A DNA stretch of 64,000 nucleotides from Peribolospora baueri (taxonomy: Eukaryota). The stretch spans positions 1-64,000 of the forward strand of contig JAMDHS010000069.1 in NCBI GenBank assembly GCA_029717555.1, given 5' to 3'. Both the position numbers and the translations under genes were made by a program. Below, in pieces: positions 51,801 through 64,000 of the stretch. The notes beneath the pieces were generated by a model. It saw only the letters and a program-made list of their open reading frames with translations, searched no databases and had not been told where the DNA came from. How positions within the stretch are numbered: the stretch's first letter is position 1; every line of letters begins with the position of its first letter.

Positions 51801-54800
51801 GGTAGCGGTTAGACAATTCAGATGTCCGAGATCCGCCTCCGACCGAATCAGCAGGACGTAGACTTTCGGCAGAGCCCCGTTGGCTCGGAAGTGTCGGTCG
51901 ACGGGCCAAAAAGCCCTGGGGGCTGAGACTGGGTGTCCCCGACGGCGTCCCTGAGTTTCCTTGTCGTTCGTTCGGTGATGCAACGCCCCGTCCGGGCGTG
52001 CTCGACATGAGGCTGGCCTGAAGGACTGGCATAGCGGAACGGAACTGAAGCAGCTGTCGCTGAAGCGTCTCGACGTCGTCATCGATCACCACAAAGTCGA
52101 TAGGCGCGATCGACGGCGGAAACGGGAAGTCATTCGAGGAGTGGCCAGCAGCGGGCTTGGGATCCTGGACAGCGTCTCCGGCCACAGTGAGGGTACCTCC
52201 GTGACGTTTGACGGTGTCCGTATGGTCGGTCACTCCGGACGCTTGCTCAGGGCTGTCGATGACAGTGGCAGTACCGGTGATGGGGTCAAGCACGATCGTG
52301 GCCGAGGAGGAACTGGAAGCGCCGGTTTCACTCGTGGCGGGTATTCCTGCCCCGCGCAACCGGGGATCGCTGGGTAAGGAGACGAGCATCGGTCGTCCCG
52401 CGGTCAAAGCTACGGCGACGGTCGGTGCGGCATTGGCAGCGCTCTCTGAACTTCCCTTTTCCCTCTTCGCCCCCTCTGTCCCAGTGCTTCCCTGGTCTCC
52501 CACAGCCGTGGTGGCATCAGCAGTCGACAAACCAATCAGCTTGTCAGAGACGACGGGGAAGGGAGTAACGTCAAGGCCCCAGCTGGTGAAGTAACCAGTG
52601 AGGCATTTCGTGAACGTATTCCGAATGGCAGCATGTAGAGCCACCCTCTTGCCCCTCAAACGGTCGGTGAAAGCAACCAGCTCGTCTAGCGTTGGCTCGC
52701 GTGAGACGGTGAGGGCGGGGAAGAAGCGTTGGCGTGCCGCTTCCTCCTCCTTGGAGACGTTGGACAGCACCGAGAGCGGCGCACCTTTGCCGAGCACAAA
52801 GGATAGCAAGTACCGCGAGCCGGTGTGCAGGTAGGGAAGGTGGTTGGGCGGCGATCTGTCAGACGAGGATGACGAATGCGAGGAAAGGGACGGAACCCCG
52901 AAAGGCGACTGCTCTGAAATGGAAGGAGCGACATCGAGAGTGGCGTCCCATCGCACGAGAATAGAGCGTGTAGTGGGGTCGTCCATAAAGTTAGATGCTG
53001 CCATGGCTGACATTGTTGATGCAGGTGCACTCGCGCCGCCTTCGTCCTCGTCTGCGTGTTCCGCAGCGGCCGCCGCCGCGGAGACAACTTTTGAGGAGAA
53101 GTCATGCTTGATCTCGAATGCGCACAGCAGCTTGTCCTTCTCGTCTTGCTCGCTGTCCCTCGCCTTGGAGGTCGGTGGTGATGCTGCAGACGCTCCGTCT
53201 TCATCTCCAGCAGCGTCGCTCTTCTCCTCCCCATTGACTACGCCATTCTCCTTCTGCCTCTGCTTAGCGCCCGGCTCCATCTCCTCCACCCTCACGCCCA
53301 ATCCAACACACGCCCCGGGTGCAGCACTGTCCAAGACCTTCTGGAGGATATGGGACAGCACGAAGCGGACGGCTCCCTCGTCGCCTCGGACGCTGGTATG
53401 ACCCATGAGACTGTCCGGAAGGTTGGTTTGTTGCGCCAAGCCCGCCTCTCCAGCATCGACATTGCCCTGGCCCTCTTCTCGTCCGTCCTTGCCTCGATGC
53501 CCTGAGATGTGAGGTCGGCCATCCTCGAAGGAATGTTCAGGTCGGACCAACACAAGGTCGATGTCTTGCTGCGCCGCGATACCGGATAAAGCATCAGCGA
53601 GTCGCTGACACAGCTCCGCGGGGTCAAATGACTCGTCGTGAGCGCGGTAGGGAGGCAGTGGCGGAGGTTGGGGCGGCTGTGAATCACAGGATGACTGCTG
53701 GGGCTGGGGGGCCGGAGTGGTACTTGCCGTTGTAGATGGCACTTGAGGTAATGGCCCGTTGACGGACTTCGGGGTTTCTTGGTCCACGTCTCCCCCTCTT
53801 TGTGTGTCCTTTTCCTCCTCGTTTCCCCGATCCATCCCTACTCCGGACTCGCCAGGCCCGCTCAACTCGCTCTCCATAACCGCCTGCACAGTGCTCGCGT
53901 TCCTAGCCCCGACGCCACTCCCGCCTACACCGGCTCCCAAAGCCCAGTTGACGACTCTCAACCCCTCCAGCAGCGCGCCCACACAGCTGACGGGCAAGCG
54001 CAGCTCGCAGGGACTGAGCATCTCGTGAGCTGGATCGAGGAGATGGGGAGGGATAAGTTGGAGGAGTGTCGAAATGGGCATCTGTAGCGCGTCGGCCAGG
54101 ACAGTTGCATCCGGGGTCAGAGGGTAGGAGGAGGAACTTGAGGGGGTATTACCTCCAATGCGCACGGGAGCAAGGGGTGAGAGTGACGCAGGCTTTTGCG
54201 CTGCGTTCGCTTCGGAATCCTTCTGCTGCATGCGCCCGTCGGACACTGTCGTAGGTCTCGTCGACTCCATAGCACAAGAAGCCACAGACCGATCCGACGA
54301 CAAGCTCGAAAATGACGGAGATGGGAACGGAGGAGCGGATGAGCCCAACAGCGACGAAGACGGCCCTACGGCGGCTTGAGGCTGAGTTGGAGACAAAGTT
54401 TGCACAGTCGCTTCTGCTAACTCTTTTTTTTCTACCTGCGCCTCCTCTATCCCTTGTTGCTGTTCCGCTTTCGTTGAGGAGCGCATGGGCCAGGAGGGCG
54501 CACTCGCTCCTTCTCCGGCATGTTGCACCTGAAGAGATCCTTTTCTAGCAGCAGCTTCATGCCACTGCTGTGACGACGGCGGCGGAGGGAACGAGCTCAT
54601 ACGCTGCTGGGGCGGTCTGCGCCACGATCTACCAGGGTGAGCAAGTCCTGCCAAGCGGTTCGGCGGAGGCGCAGAGAAAGCCCGGTCTAATGGTGGGGGT
54701 GGCGGTCGAGTTATGCGCACGGGTTTTTCTTGCTGAATCGCGTCCTCTGTCAACGAGCCTGAACCATAGCCTAGTGGCGATAGCAGCGACGAGTGGGACC

Positions 54801-56790
54801 AGACCGGCTGCTCGTTGACGTCCGCAGGTGCGACCTGACCAGGCCCGATCGCAGAGGTGGTGGATGGGGCAGGAGAGGAGACAGGCGCAGACTGAGCGAG
54901 CGGGGAAAGAGGAGGAGGACTTGTCGTCGCAGTTGTTTGGGAGAGCTGACTGGCGGCTCCGGCTCCGGAAGCGGAGCTGAATTCTGGTTCCTGCGCCGCG
55001 GGAATCACTGTGCGAGAGACGTCGAGTGCGTGGGGCGCTGCGATGTAATACGACGGCAAGGCTGCAGTGCTCTTCGGAATGTCCATCTGCTGGGTAGACG
55101 ATGCCGCAGGGGCCGCTGGACCCGATTGATCGCTTTCGCCAGGGGTTTCGCCAGGGCCGGGGGGGGTATCGGAGAAAGGCGTCATGGTGGTGAAGAAGCC
55201 CGGTGTGAGGAGACCGGAAGGCTGTGTAGAAGCGAAGTCAGCCGGGGCAAACTGCGTGAAGGGAGAGTCGAAGACGGGTACTTTTGCGGGCATGGAGCGG
55301 GTCGACCGGTCCGAGGAAGAGGGGGAGACGTCGAACTCGGCTGAGTGCACGCGCGAAGGCGATGGCCGCAGAGGGCTGGCCTGAATGTCAGACGTCTCTT
55401 TTGCATCACCATGAAGGGAGGACGCGAACGGGACGCCTTCGTCTCTGGGAGCAGCGGAGGCGGGGTTGGGCTGAGCAGAGATAGGCGAGTTCATGCTCCA
55501 TGGTTGAACTCCAGTACCCATATCCACCTCAGGGACGCCGCCTCGAGCGTAGCGTTGGCCGGCGTCAGACTGTCCTTCGATAGTGTGACTGCTCCCACTA
55601 GATCCAGAAGCACCGCTCATGCTATCGGCCACGCTGCCCTTGAGGCTACTGTTGTCGCTCTCCTCGGATTTGAACGAAGGGGACGCATGAAACTGAGCAG
55701 CAGAGGCAAGGTCCGCGGAGGATGACACTCCAGTAGAAATGCTGCGCATGGTGGACGATGAGGTGCTGCCTACACTTCCACTACTTGCAGAACCGAAGGA
55801 AGGTCGGCCGTTGAGAAAAGTGGGCGTCGCACCTGAAGGAGGCTCTAAGGGACTGGCTGGCCATGCAAAGCTGGGTTTTCCGGGGACACCACCCACAGCT
55901 CCCCCAGAGGCTTTCCCCTTTCCCCTTCCCTTGACTTTAACCGTCCGGCGCGCCTGGGCCGTTGCTGCATTTGCCACCGGGGATCTGGTGTCTTCCAAGG
56001 TCGGCCTCTTGTCCCCCGCCTCCCCTTCAAATCCTTCTTCGCCAGGCGTCTGCTCAGACGAGCCAGGAACAGGGATAGTCCAGCCGTCGCCTTCGTTGCC
56101 ACTGTCGGTTTGGAAGTCAAAGCTGTAATCGCTTCCAGGAGTCGGGGTGGGAGTCGGAGTCGCGGAAATGCTCTGTATGCCTGCCAAGTTTGAGGTCCCC
56201 AATGCCCCCGGAGGAAAAGATGGTGTCGCCTGCCTAATATGGTTACGTCCAGGGCTCCCATTAGGAGCGGCGACGCCCTCGTCCTTTGTCCGACCGTTGT
56301 CGGGAGGCGCCACGACCGTCGGAAGTCGGGCCGCATCAATCCCGCCCAGCTCATCGGCAGGTCCGACCTGTGTGTCCAAAGGCATCGAACCCGACCCGCT
56401 GGGCAAAGGCTCGCTTTCGCGCAGTGTCGGGCTATACCAGTTGCCGAACACGTCCGTGGCATCTACGTTGCGCCAACCCTTCTCGTCCGACTCTGAGCGC
56501 TTATGATATGATTCGACGCCTCCCGCCATAGGGCTCGAGATAGGCCCTGTGCTGCTGCTGCCGCTGCTGACGGCATCCTGGCTCTCGCTGGGTCCATAGG
56601 GGAGGACCACCCGGACGTCAGAGATCGGCTTCTCCTTGGCTTGCCCGGACGATGGGTGCAGGCGAACATCGTCGCTGGCTCCATTGTCGTGCGAGGGGGG
56701 AGTTTGCAGCGGCACCTCCTCCGCAATGATGCTCGGCGGCGGAGGCGTCGATGGAGAGGGTGGGGACGAGGACCCTTGTCGTTTCTCCAT
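48820..56790 (-). CDS. SSK1: Ssk1/Mcs4-type two-component response regulator
   Basis: C-terminal receiver INVLIVE-DNEINQTIL, KWRTGGFHLILMDIQLPVMDGIEATKEIRR, IIVALTAS..DRVAALAAGCNDFLTKPV, ITEWGCMQ-ALIDFEGW. Introns at about 50113-50204 and 49541-49614. Start codon uncertain. Confidence 0.88.
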
Positions 56791-57556
56791 CTCCAACCGA
56801 CCCGTAAGAGTAGAAGCGACGGAGATCGCTCGACGTTTTCGCTTTCGAAAGCAATCTCGTCCAGAACGGACAGCGTCTATAAGGTGTCCCAATATTGCGG
56901 GAGGAACTTGTTAGGATATTGGGGGCGGCCCAGCGCTGGCGGGAGCTGAAAATCCGTCGAGGCGCTCAGTGGAATGACCAGCTGCCGGAGCCGGTGCTCG
57001 CTGATGCCTGCCAGGTCGTCCAAAGGGGTCCCAGTGACAGAGGAGAGCAGAGAAAATAGGGGTAGAGTAGCAGAAATGAGTAGGCGAGGGAAAATGAGGA
57101 CAGTGGGAGGAGGATAGGATGTGGAGCACAGCCTACGGCTTCCGTGCGTCGGTTAGATGAGAGGTGCGTCGGATCGGAGATGGGTGGATCGGGATAGTAT
57201 CGGATGAAGGAAGATGGAGGATGTGCGCTCTCTCCGAGGCGAGCGCTTCGGTCCTCACCGTTGAGAGTGGAGAAAAGGGAAGGCGAGGAGGGAAGATGGA
57301 TGGTGAGAATAAGAACGACCGGGCGCATCTCAGTTCGACGCTCGATGATGGAACGCTCGCTGCAAGTCCGCGACGATCATTCCTCGCAACTCCGCGTAAA
57401 GCCGTCCGACCGCAGTTCCTTCGCCCGGTCTCTTGCAACGATGCAGTCTTTCCGTCCTTGTTTTTTCTTCGACCACCTCAACACCCTCACAACTGGCTCG
57501 GTGAGTACAAGCAGAGTGTCTGTCCATCGCCTTCCGTTCCACCCCATTTGCGTCTC

Positions 57557-57648
57557 CTTCCATGATGAACAAAATATCACATTCAAGCTCAACAGTCGTA
57601 CTCGCCCTTCGGGGCTCATGGCGACCATCTCTTCTGCAATTCTGATCT
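57557..57648 (+). ncRNA. Box C/D snoRNA with two rRNA guides (5.8S and LSU)
   Basis: C box ATGATGA 57562-57568. Guide TCAAGCTCAACAG 57583-57595 is antisense to LSU. GCCC-TTCG-GGGC hairpin 57604-57615, C'-like ATGGCGA 57618-57624. Guide TTCTGCAATT 57632-57641 is antisense to 5.8S; D box CTGA 57642-57645. Confidence 0.82.
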
Positions 57649-57933
57649 TCTGCTCGGGCGCTCTCGTTCTCTTGCGGCGTCATATGGGGTGGTGCATAAC
57701 GATTGTGATGATGTTGAGATGAGCGCTGATGTAGAGCTCATTTTTCTTTCTTTCTTTTTTTTTGCGTGCGTTTTCCGGCTAGGATCCTCCTCAAGCGCTC
57801 GCGCGCTTGTGAGACACTTCCGCGTCGACCGCCACTGGCTTTCCCCTGTTCCATTCTCTACCTCGAGTGCTTTCTTCATTACTCCAGTAATCCTGTTCCC
57901 TCCGCACTACTGTACACTACTCATTATCCCACC

Positions 57934-59449
57934 ATGACTGCGAACGCGACCGCGGTGGCAGACACCACTGGTGAACATCTCAGTGTCAAAGGTGTCGAAC
58001 CTAGGCCGCGAGTGGCCTTCCTAGGCCCTGTAGGCACGTACACTCATCAAGTGAGTGATGAACGCTCTCTACTGTCCAACTGGTCGTCTGAACCGAGAGC
58101 CGGCGACTAGACGCTGAAAGCTGCTCCCGCCTCGGTCTCGCAACTCTCCACGTCCGCCCACGGTATCCCCTTTTCTCCAGGCTGCCCTGGCTTACTTTGG
58201 TGGAGACGCCGAACTCATACCGTACGAGACTATTCCAGGTGGGTATCGTCAGCATGCGATCGCCCGCCGTCCAGTGTGATGGAAATCGCCCTACACCGTC
58301 TGTCTCTTAGCCTCCAATCATTGCCACTGGCACGGCTATCGGCTCAGCTGGCTTGACCTTCCAAGTCCTTCTCTCTTCCGCTGACCGTGCCCGTTGTCGT
58401 TGTCGTTTGCTACCTTGTCCATCTCATCACCATTTTCTGCTCCAGACGTCTTCCGCGCACTGACAGAATCCACACCACCATCGCAGTCAATGTCCTCAGC
58501 ATCAACGGCGAACAGCCACAACCCCGGCCCTAATGCCGCCACCGCGTCAGGGTCGCCACAGTACGCCATGGTGCCATACGAGAACTCGACGTACGGACCG
58601 GTGCTTGACTCGTTCGAGCGTCTCTCCGCTGAGTCAACAGGCTCGCCGAGATTCACGGTTGTAGGCAAGATCAACTTGCCTATCCAGCACTGTATCATGG
58701 CTTCTCCCCGAAATGGAGAGGGGAGGGGAGGGTGGAGGAAAGCGGATGGAAGCGTCAAGTGGGAGGACGTTGGGCTCATCGTGAGCCATAAGCAGGTGTG
58801 TGCGCTTGCTGGAGCGATGATGGAATGCCAGAGATTCGGTGCCGGCTCTTTAGTCGTGCTCCTCCGGCTTTTTCTCGACCCTGCCAGCACGGTGGGTTAG
58901 GTCCTCTCCCCTTCCACCTACCCAACTATCCCATTTTGTCTGTTTTACCCCCACAGGCCCTCGGCCAATGTGCCACCTATCTAGACACCCACTTGCCTCA
59001 TGCGCGGAGGACAAAGGTCCCATCCACAGCGTACGCCGCCCGACTCGCCGCCGGACTTGTTTCGCTCCCTGCCTCTTCCACGTCCGCATCGATTCAGCCT
59101 CTGAGTGATGACCCGGTTGCAGGAGCAAGAAGAGACGTGGACGGTGCGGGGAAGGGGGAGGGGGAGGGAAGACTGACGGTGGCGATATGCTCGGAAGTGT
59201 GCGCGCAGGCGTACGGTCTCGAGGTGCTGGCAAAGTCCGTGCAAGATAGGGATGGTGAGTGTCCGGTCACCGGTCGCTGAACCGTTTCTATTTTTAAATG
59301 GGAATGAGACGGGCCCAACCCCACCGTCTCTCCGTTCGTCTGATCTGATCTCATCTAATCGCATCTCATCCGACCTGACCCCTTTTCCGCACTCTGCTCA
59401 AGACAACACGACCCGTTTCCTCGCCCTCTCCTCCTCGTCCTCCTCGTAA
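57934..59449 (+). CDS. PHA2: Prephenate dehydratase, multi-exon, catalytic domain only
   Basis: RVAFLGPVGTYTHQ-AA, AMVPYENSTYGPV, LPIQHCI, SHKQ-ALGQC, STAYAA, QDRD-DNTTRF. Confidence 0.88.
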
Positions 59450-59866
59450 CTTGGTCGCAACTTACCAACAACAGCCCTTCCCTTTGAACGTTGACGTCGG
59501 TATGACGACGGCAGATGCCAGCATCCTCTCCTGCCGTGCCTCTTTTCCGCCGGTCTATATGCATTACATTCGCGACCCTACATGCGTAGTTACGTAATTG
59601 TCCTGATCGTCGTCGTCGTCGTCGTCCGGGGAGCCTTCGTCTCCTCCCTTAGCTGTACGAGAGAGTCATACCGTTTCGAACTCAATTCGACCATCATTGC
59701 GAATGCAGTGCACAAGGTCCTCGACTCAGCCGGACGCTAATGGGAAGGTACGAAGAGTGTGATGAGGAAGAGGGAAGGAAGCGATGCTTGCAGACGCTGC
59801 TCGGATCGGAGAGGTATGTACGTATGCGCGACACACAGATACGTACTCGTACATCGGGCGACGAAA

Positions 59867-59917
59867 AGAAGGAAGGAAGGAAGGAAGGAAGGAAGAAGGA
59901 AGAAGGAAGAAGGAAGA
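59867..59917. repeat. (GAAG)n microsatellite
   Basis: Directly visible run between PHA2 and the LIM-binding gene 3' end. Confidence 0.8.
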
Positions 59918-60135
59918 AAAGGGACGAAGGTGAGGAAGGAAGAGAAAGGGCAACGGTGCAATCAAGGGCGCTACTTAGACAAGAGTAGAAGAGAGCGAGC
60001 GAATCGAGCCAATTGTACCGAATTGTCTGACAAGTCCCGTGGGAGGGAAGATACCGTCAGGCAAACCCGATGGACCGACTTGAGTCGGCTCGACTCGCTC
60101 CCGTCTTCTCTTTCCCTTCTTCGATCGATCGTCTA

Positions 60136-62873
60136 CTATACCAATCTCCTCGCCTTGCCATCCCTCCCGTTCTCTTCCCCTGCCCCTCCCATGCCGCCCA
60201 CGCCCACGCCCATTCCTCCCTGCTGCGCAGACACAGCCCCTACCGGCCCGCCCTGCGTGGCGATCATGACAGACGCGGACGGTGTGGAAGAGGACACAGG
60301 TGTGGGAGGGGCTTTGCGTTTAAGAGGGTTGTTGGCGGCGCTGGCACCAATTCGACTGGGGGAGCGCAAGATGGGCGGGGGAGGGGGGTGCATCTGAACG
60401 TGGTGATCGTCCATGCCGCCCATGCCTGCCATGCCCATGCCCATGCCCGTACCCATACCCATGCTCACGCCGCTCACGCCCATCCCCATCCCCATCCCCA
60501 TCCCCATACCCATGCCTCGTAGCGTCAGCGAATTGGGACCCGGGCTGGGACCGGGACCGATGGGACTGGGACCGGGCCCGACTGGACTCGGGCCAGGACC
60601 GATGATGGGGCTCGGGCCGGGGCCAACTATCGGGCTTCGGCCTGGGCCGCCGGGACTGGGACCGGTGGCGATGGGACCGGGACCAGGACCGGAGGCGGAA
60701 GGGCCTGGACGAGAGGCGGGGGATATGGAAGCCATGGAACGGGCGGCTTGCATCTCTCGAAACTGATGGGCGAAGCGCGAGAGGGTCTCTGTACAGCGCA
60801 GCAGCCGAGGACACGGGATCGAGGAGGGAAGATAGAAAATCAGCGAGACGAGACGAAGAAGGATAGAGAAATAAAACAGGCCCTTGAATGGACACCGAAC
60901 TGACCGATAGGCCCAAATGACTTTCCAAAGTCGTTGTGGCCAAGGCTGAAGTCCATCAAGTCCCGTAGCTGGTTCACGCTCTCGGTGATCTGTGGTTAGC
61001 GTAAGAGGGTACAGTCGAAGCATACAACGAGGGGGAAGAGAGGAAGAAAAGAACGAGACAAGATGAGCCGAATCCGAAGAAGAACACCTCACCGAGTGTC
61101 CTCATCGCTCACCTCCAAACACCTCATGGCCCTCAACGTGATACCATAGTCGTTAACGGGAAGCTCAGGGAGGAAAAGCTTCTCGACGAGCATCGTCGGT
61201 GTCTGCTGTTGAGATTTTGCGTTCGCCAAAGTCATTCCCGCCCCAGCGTTGCTGGAGGTCGCCGAGGTCGAGGTGGCGCCACCGCCACTGGTTGTGCTGG
61301 CGCTGGTGGAGGCGCCGCCCTCCGCCGTCGCTGAAATGTTCGATGCCGCTCCTCCTCCTTGCCCTTGTCCGTCTCCCACCGCCTCCATCGATCCGCCAAC
61401 TACCCCTTCGCCGGCACCAGCCCCACCGCCAGCATCTGCTCCTCCGGCGCCGCCGGTGTCTCCGGAAGGAACGCCATCGGCTGCCTCTTCCTTGACCTCC
61501 CGTCCACCCTCTCCCATCGCACCAGGTGCCTTCTCCTCCTTGTCCTTTTCCCTCTCCTTGTCCCCTCTCTCCTTCTCCACCCGATCTCGCTCATCCTTAT
61601 CCAGCTTCTCCCTCTCTCTCCTCTCCTTGGCTGTCCCGCTCTTTTTGCCCGTCTTGCCCTTGCCAGACGATGTTGGGGTAGGTGGAGGTTGCTGCGCTGA
61701 CGAAGAGGGGGCGGTACCCACGCTGGTGGCAGAGGACGAGGAAGTGGCCTGGCCGTTTCGACCGGACGCCGACGCTGAGCCCGAGGCGGAACCTTGAGCG
61801 GACATGGCTGGCGACGCGGCAACAGGTCCTCCGAACTGCTTGGACGAGGAGCCGAGAGAAGGAGAGTTGGTAGAAGCGGAAGGGGTGCTGGTATTGGCGC
61901 TAGCGTTGTTGGGGTTGCTGGTGGAATAGCCGGGCACGCCTAGCCTGGCGAGCAGCGCTGGGAACAAGGGCTCCTCGACCTCCTTGTGAATCACGGCGTC
62001 CCTCCTGACCCAGCAAGTGTGCGTCTCAGTGTGGAACTCGATGCCCTCAATACGCATGGGGTGACCGGCGGCCGCTCCGGCTCCGCAGAAGCTGGCTCTG
62101 ATGGACCCGTGGGCAACGACCTGGCTTCCGTTCTCGAACGTCGTCGTCCATGACGCACGGGTGCATTCGACGACGTATGAGGCGACGGGGGTAAGGAAGG
62201 CGCTGATGAACTGGGTGGAGGCGGAGGAGGGAGGTGGCGGTGGTGCCGTCGCGGCGGGGTATTCGCGCGGATTTTGGAGGGTAAGGGAGATGGAAAGGAC
62301 GCCGGAGAGGAATTGGGTGTGGTAGTAGCGGGGGAGGACGGAGTTGGGTATCTCTGCGGGCGTTGGGAGAGAGAGAAAGACGTAAGGGCGAAAGCGACGG
62401 ATGAGCGACAAGCGGCGAGCTAGCGAGAAAGAGAAGGGCGGGCGAAACATACCGAAAGCCTTGTTCTCCTTCATCGTCGAGTTCCAAAGATGGACGCGCT
62501 GGATGCCGTTGGGGGTATAGAACTCTTTCGTGAAGCTTCGCCAGTAGTCCATGTCCGTTCGCTGTGACCGGCGGGTGGGAGGAAGAGATGAGCTGCTGCG
62601 ACGCGGGCGTGCGACGTAGACGTGGAGCGGGCAAGGGGAACACGGCGGACTCACGTCAGGACCAGAGGAGAGCGCCTCGCCATACTGCAGCAATCTGAGC
62701 ACGGCCTCGCCATGAAGGGCCCTCTGAGGAGCGTGCGGATGCTGAGCAGGGTGGTGAGGGAGCGCGTGAGGATGAGGGAGAGGATGGGGCTGGGGGTGTT
62801 GGAGCTGCGGGGGCGGGTGATGGAGCTGTTGGAGGTGGGGGCCGGAATGCGGGCTCTGGTGAAGGGCCTGCAT
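60136..62873 (-). CDS. LIM-domain-binding/SEUSS family transcriptional co-regulator (Mfg1/PtaB/Adn1-like), multi-exon
   Basis: GEAVLRLLQYGEALS, DMDYWRSFTKEFY, KAF-EIPNSVLPRYY, LPELPVNDYGITLRAMRCLE-ITESV. Low-complexity GPGPSP/GM C-terminus with KRK. The true start may lie upstream. Confidence 0.78.
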
Positions 62874-63562
62874 TCGGTATTCGGTAGGGGTGTGGAGAGG
62901 GTGGAGGAGGCCAAGGATGAAGGAGAACGGGTGGAGGATGGGAGGGCGGCGGTGACTAAGTGGATAGGAGTGGCTCCGCGTTGGATGGTGGTCGATGGGT
63001 CGACGGTGGTGGTGGTGGTTGGTGGACGTCGTCGTCGTCGTCGACCGGTCGAATCAAAGGTGGACGAGCATCGAACAATATTAAGTCACTTCACGGCATG
63101 CAAAAAGGAGAGCAGAGGAACAGACGGACGGACGGACGGAGAGATAGAGAGATGGAGACAGATTGGTAGGACGATGGAGGAGATGGGATGCGAAAGGCGG
63201 ACTCTCCTCGCCCAATGGATCGTCGTCTTCTTTCTTTCTTCTTCTTCGTCTTCGTCGTCGTTGTCGTCGCCGTCTTCTTCGTCTTCTTCTTCTTCTCCGT
63301 CGTCGTCGTCGTCGTCGTCGGTGGTGGTGGTGTCGACGATGACGGCCCCGTCGCTCGGCCAGCCCCGAAATAAAATTCGATAAGTAGACGACCGTTTCGG
63401 GTAAACAACTGTTTAACCGCCATTTCAAATTATCCGCAGTCTTTTCCACCCACCCTCCGATGAAGCAAGCGCCTCTGCGCGGTAAGCAGACGACAACCAC
63501 AACCACAACCACAACCACGACAACGACCACCTACAAGCCCAAGCGACCAGCGTGCGGCCAAG

Positions 63563-64000
63563 ATGAGACAACTCAAGCACCACGAAAAGAAGCTGCTCAA
63601 GAAGGTCGACTTCTTGGAGGTGCGTCTCCCTCCTCGCTACCTTGCCCGCTCGCAGTCGATCACCGCGTCCCTCACCGCATTCCTCTTCCAAACAGTGGAA
63701 GCATGATGCTGGCTTGCGAGAAATCAAGGTGATGCGAAGGTATCACATCCAGAACAGGGACGATTACCACAAGTGAGCCGCCGCCGCGGCGTGGCCCCGC
63801 TCGAGCTCCCACCCGCATTGCCTTCCGAGCTCATCCTTTCGCTCCCTCCCGTCGCTCGCCCGCCGTTCCGCAGGTACAACAAGCTCGTCGGCCTGGTCCG
63901 CTCTCATGTCCAACGCCTCTCCCTCCTCCCCGCCCAGGATCCCTTCCGCGCCAAGCAAGAGTCCCTCGTGCTCGGAAAGCTTTACGATATGGGCCTCGTC
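63563..64000 (+). CDS. IMP3: U3 snoRNP protein Imp3, 3'-partial, spliced
   Basis: MRQLKHHEKKLLKKVDFLE-WK..REIKVMRRYHIQNRDDYHK-YNKLVG..DPFR..KLYDMGLV. Confidence 0.93.

Noticed and set aside
57704..57730. Second C/D snoRNA (GTGATGA...CTGA)
   Set aside because: Boxes are only about 14 nt apart and no rRNA complementarity was recognised.

Overview
GC-rich, intron-rich fungal chromosomal DNA, most likely a basidiomycete yeast. It holds about 15 spliced protein-coding genes: an Slp1-type SUN protein (partial), a Ppo/linoleate diol synthase (peroxidase-P450 fusion), a DUF2235/Tle1-like hydrolase, two MFS transporters, a 3-hydroxyacyl-CoA dehydrogenase, a hemerythrin-domain protein, THI4, GUF1, a Mid2-like membrane protein, RAD16, a small unknown protein, SSK1, PHA2, a LIM-binding/Mfg1-PtaB-like regulator and IMP3 (partial). 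The standout is a lower-GC composite island at about 22950-27980. It is an ectopic, decayed rDNA unit (18S-ITS1-5.8S-ITS2-deleted LSU, minus strand). Its 18S is cleanly split by a 1134-bp insert carrying an intronless secreted-protein ORF whose stop codon comes from antisense 18S. The 18S 5' end abuts a short LTR with a tRNA-Ser-type primer-binding site, a gag-like stub and AT-rich tandem repeats. Also found: a dual-guide box C/D snoRNA in a probable PHA2 5'-UTR intron, a PHA2 lacking its ACT domain, micro-exons at the THI4 catalytic Cys, and a possible oxylipin gene neighbourhood. All exon boundaries and family calls were made by eye from recalled motifs; no searches were run.
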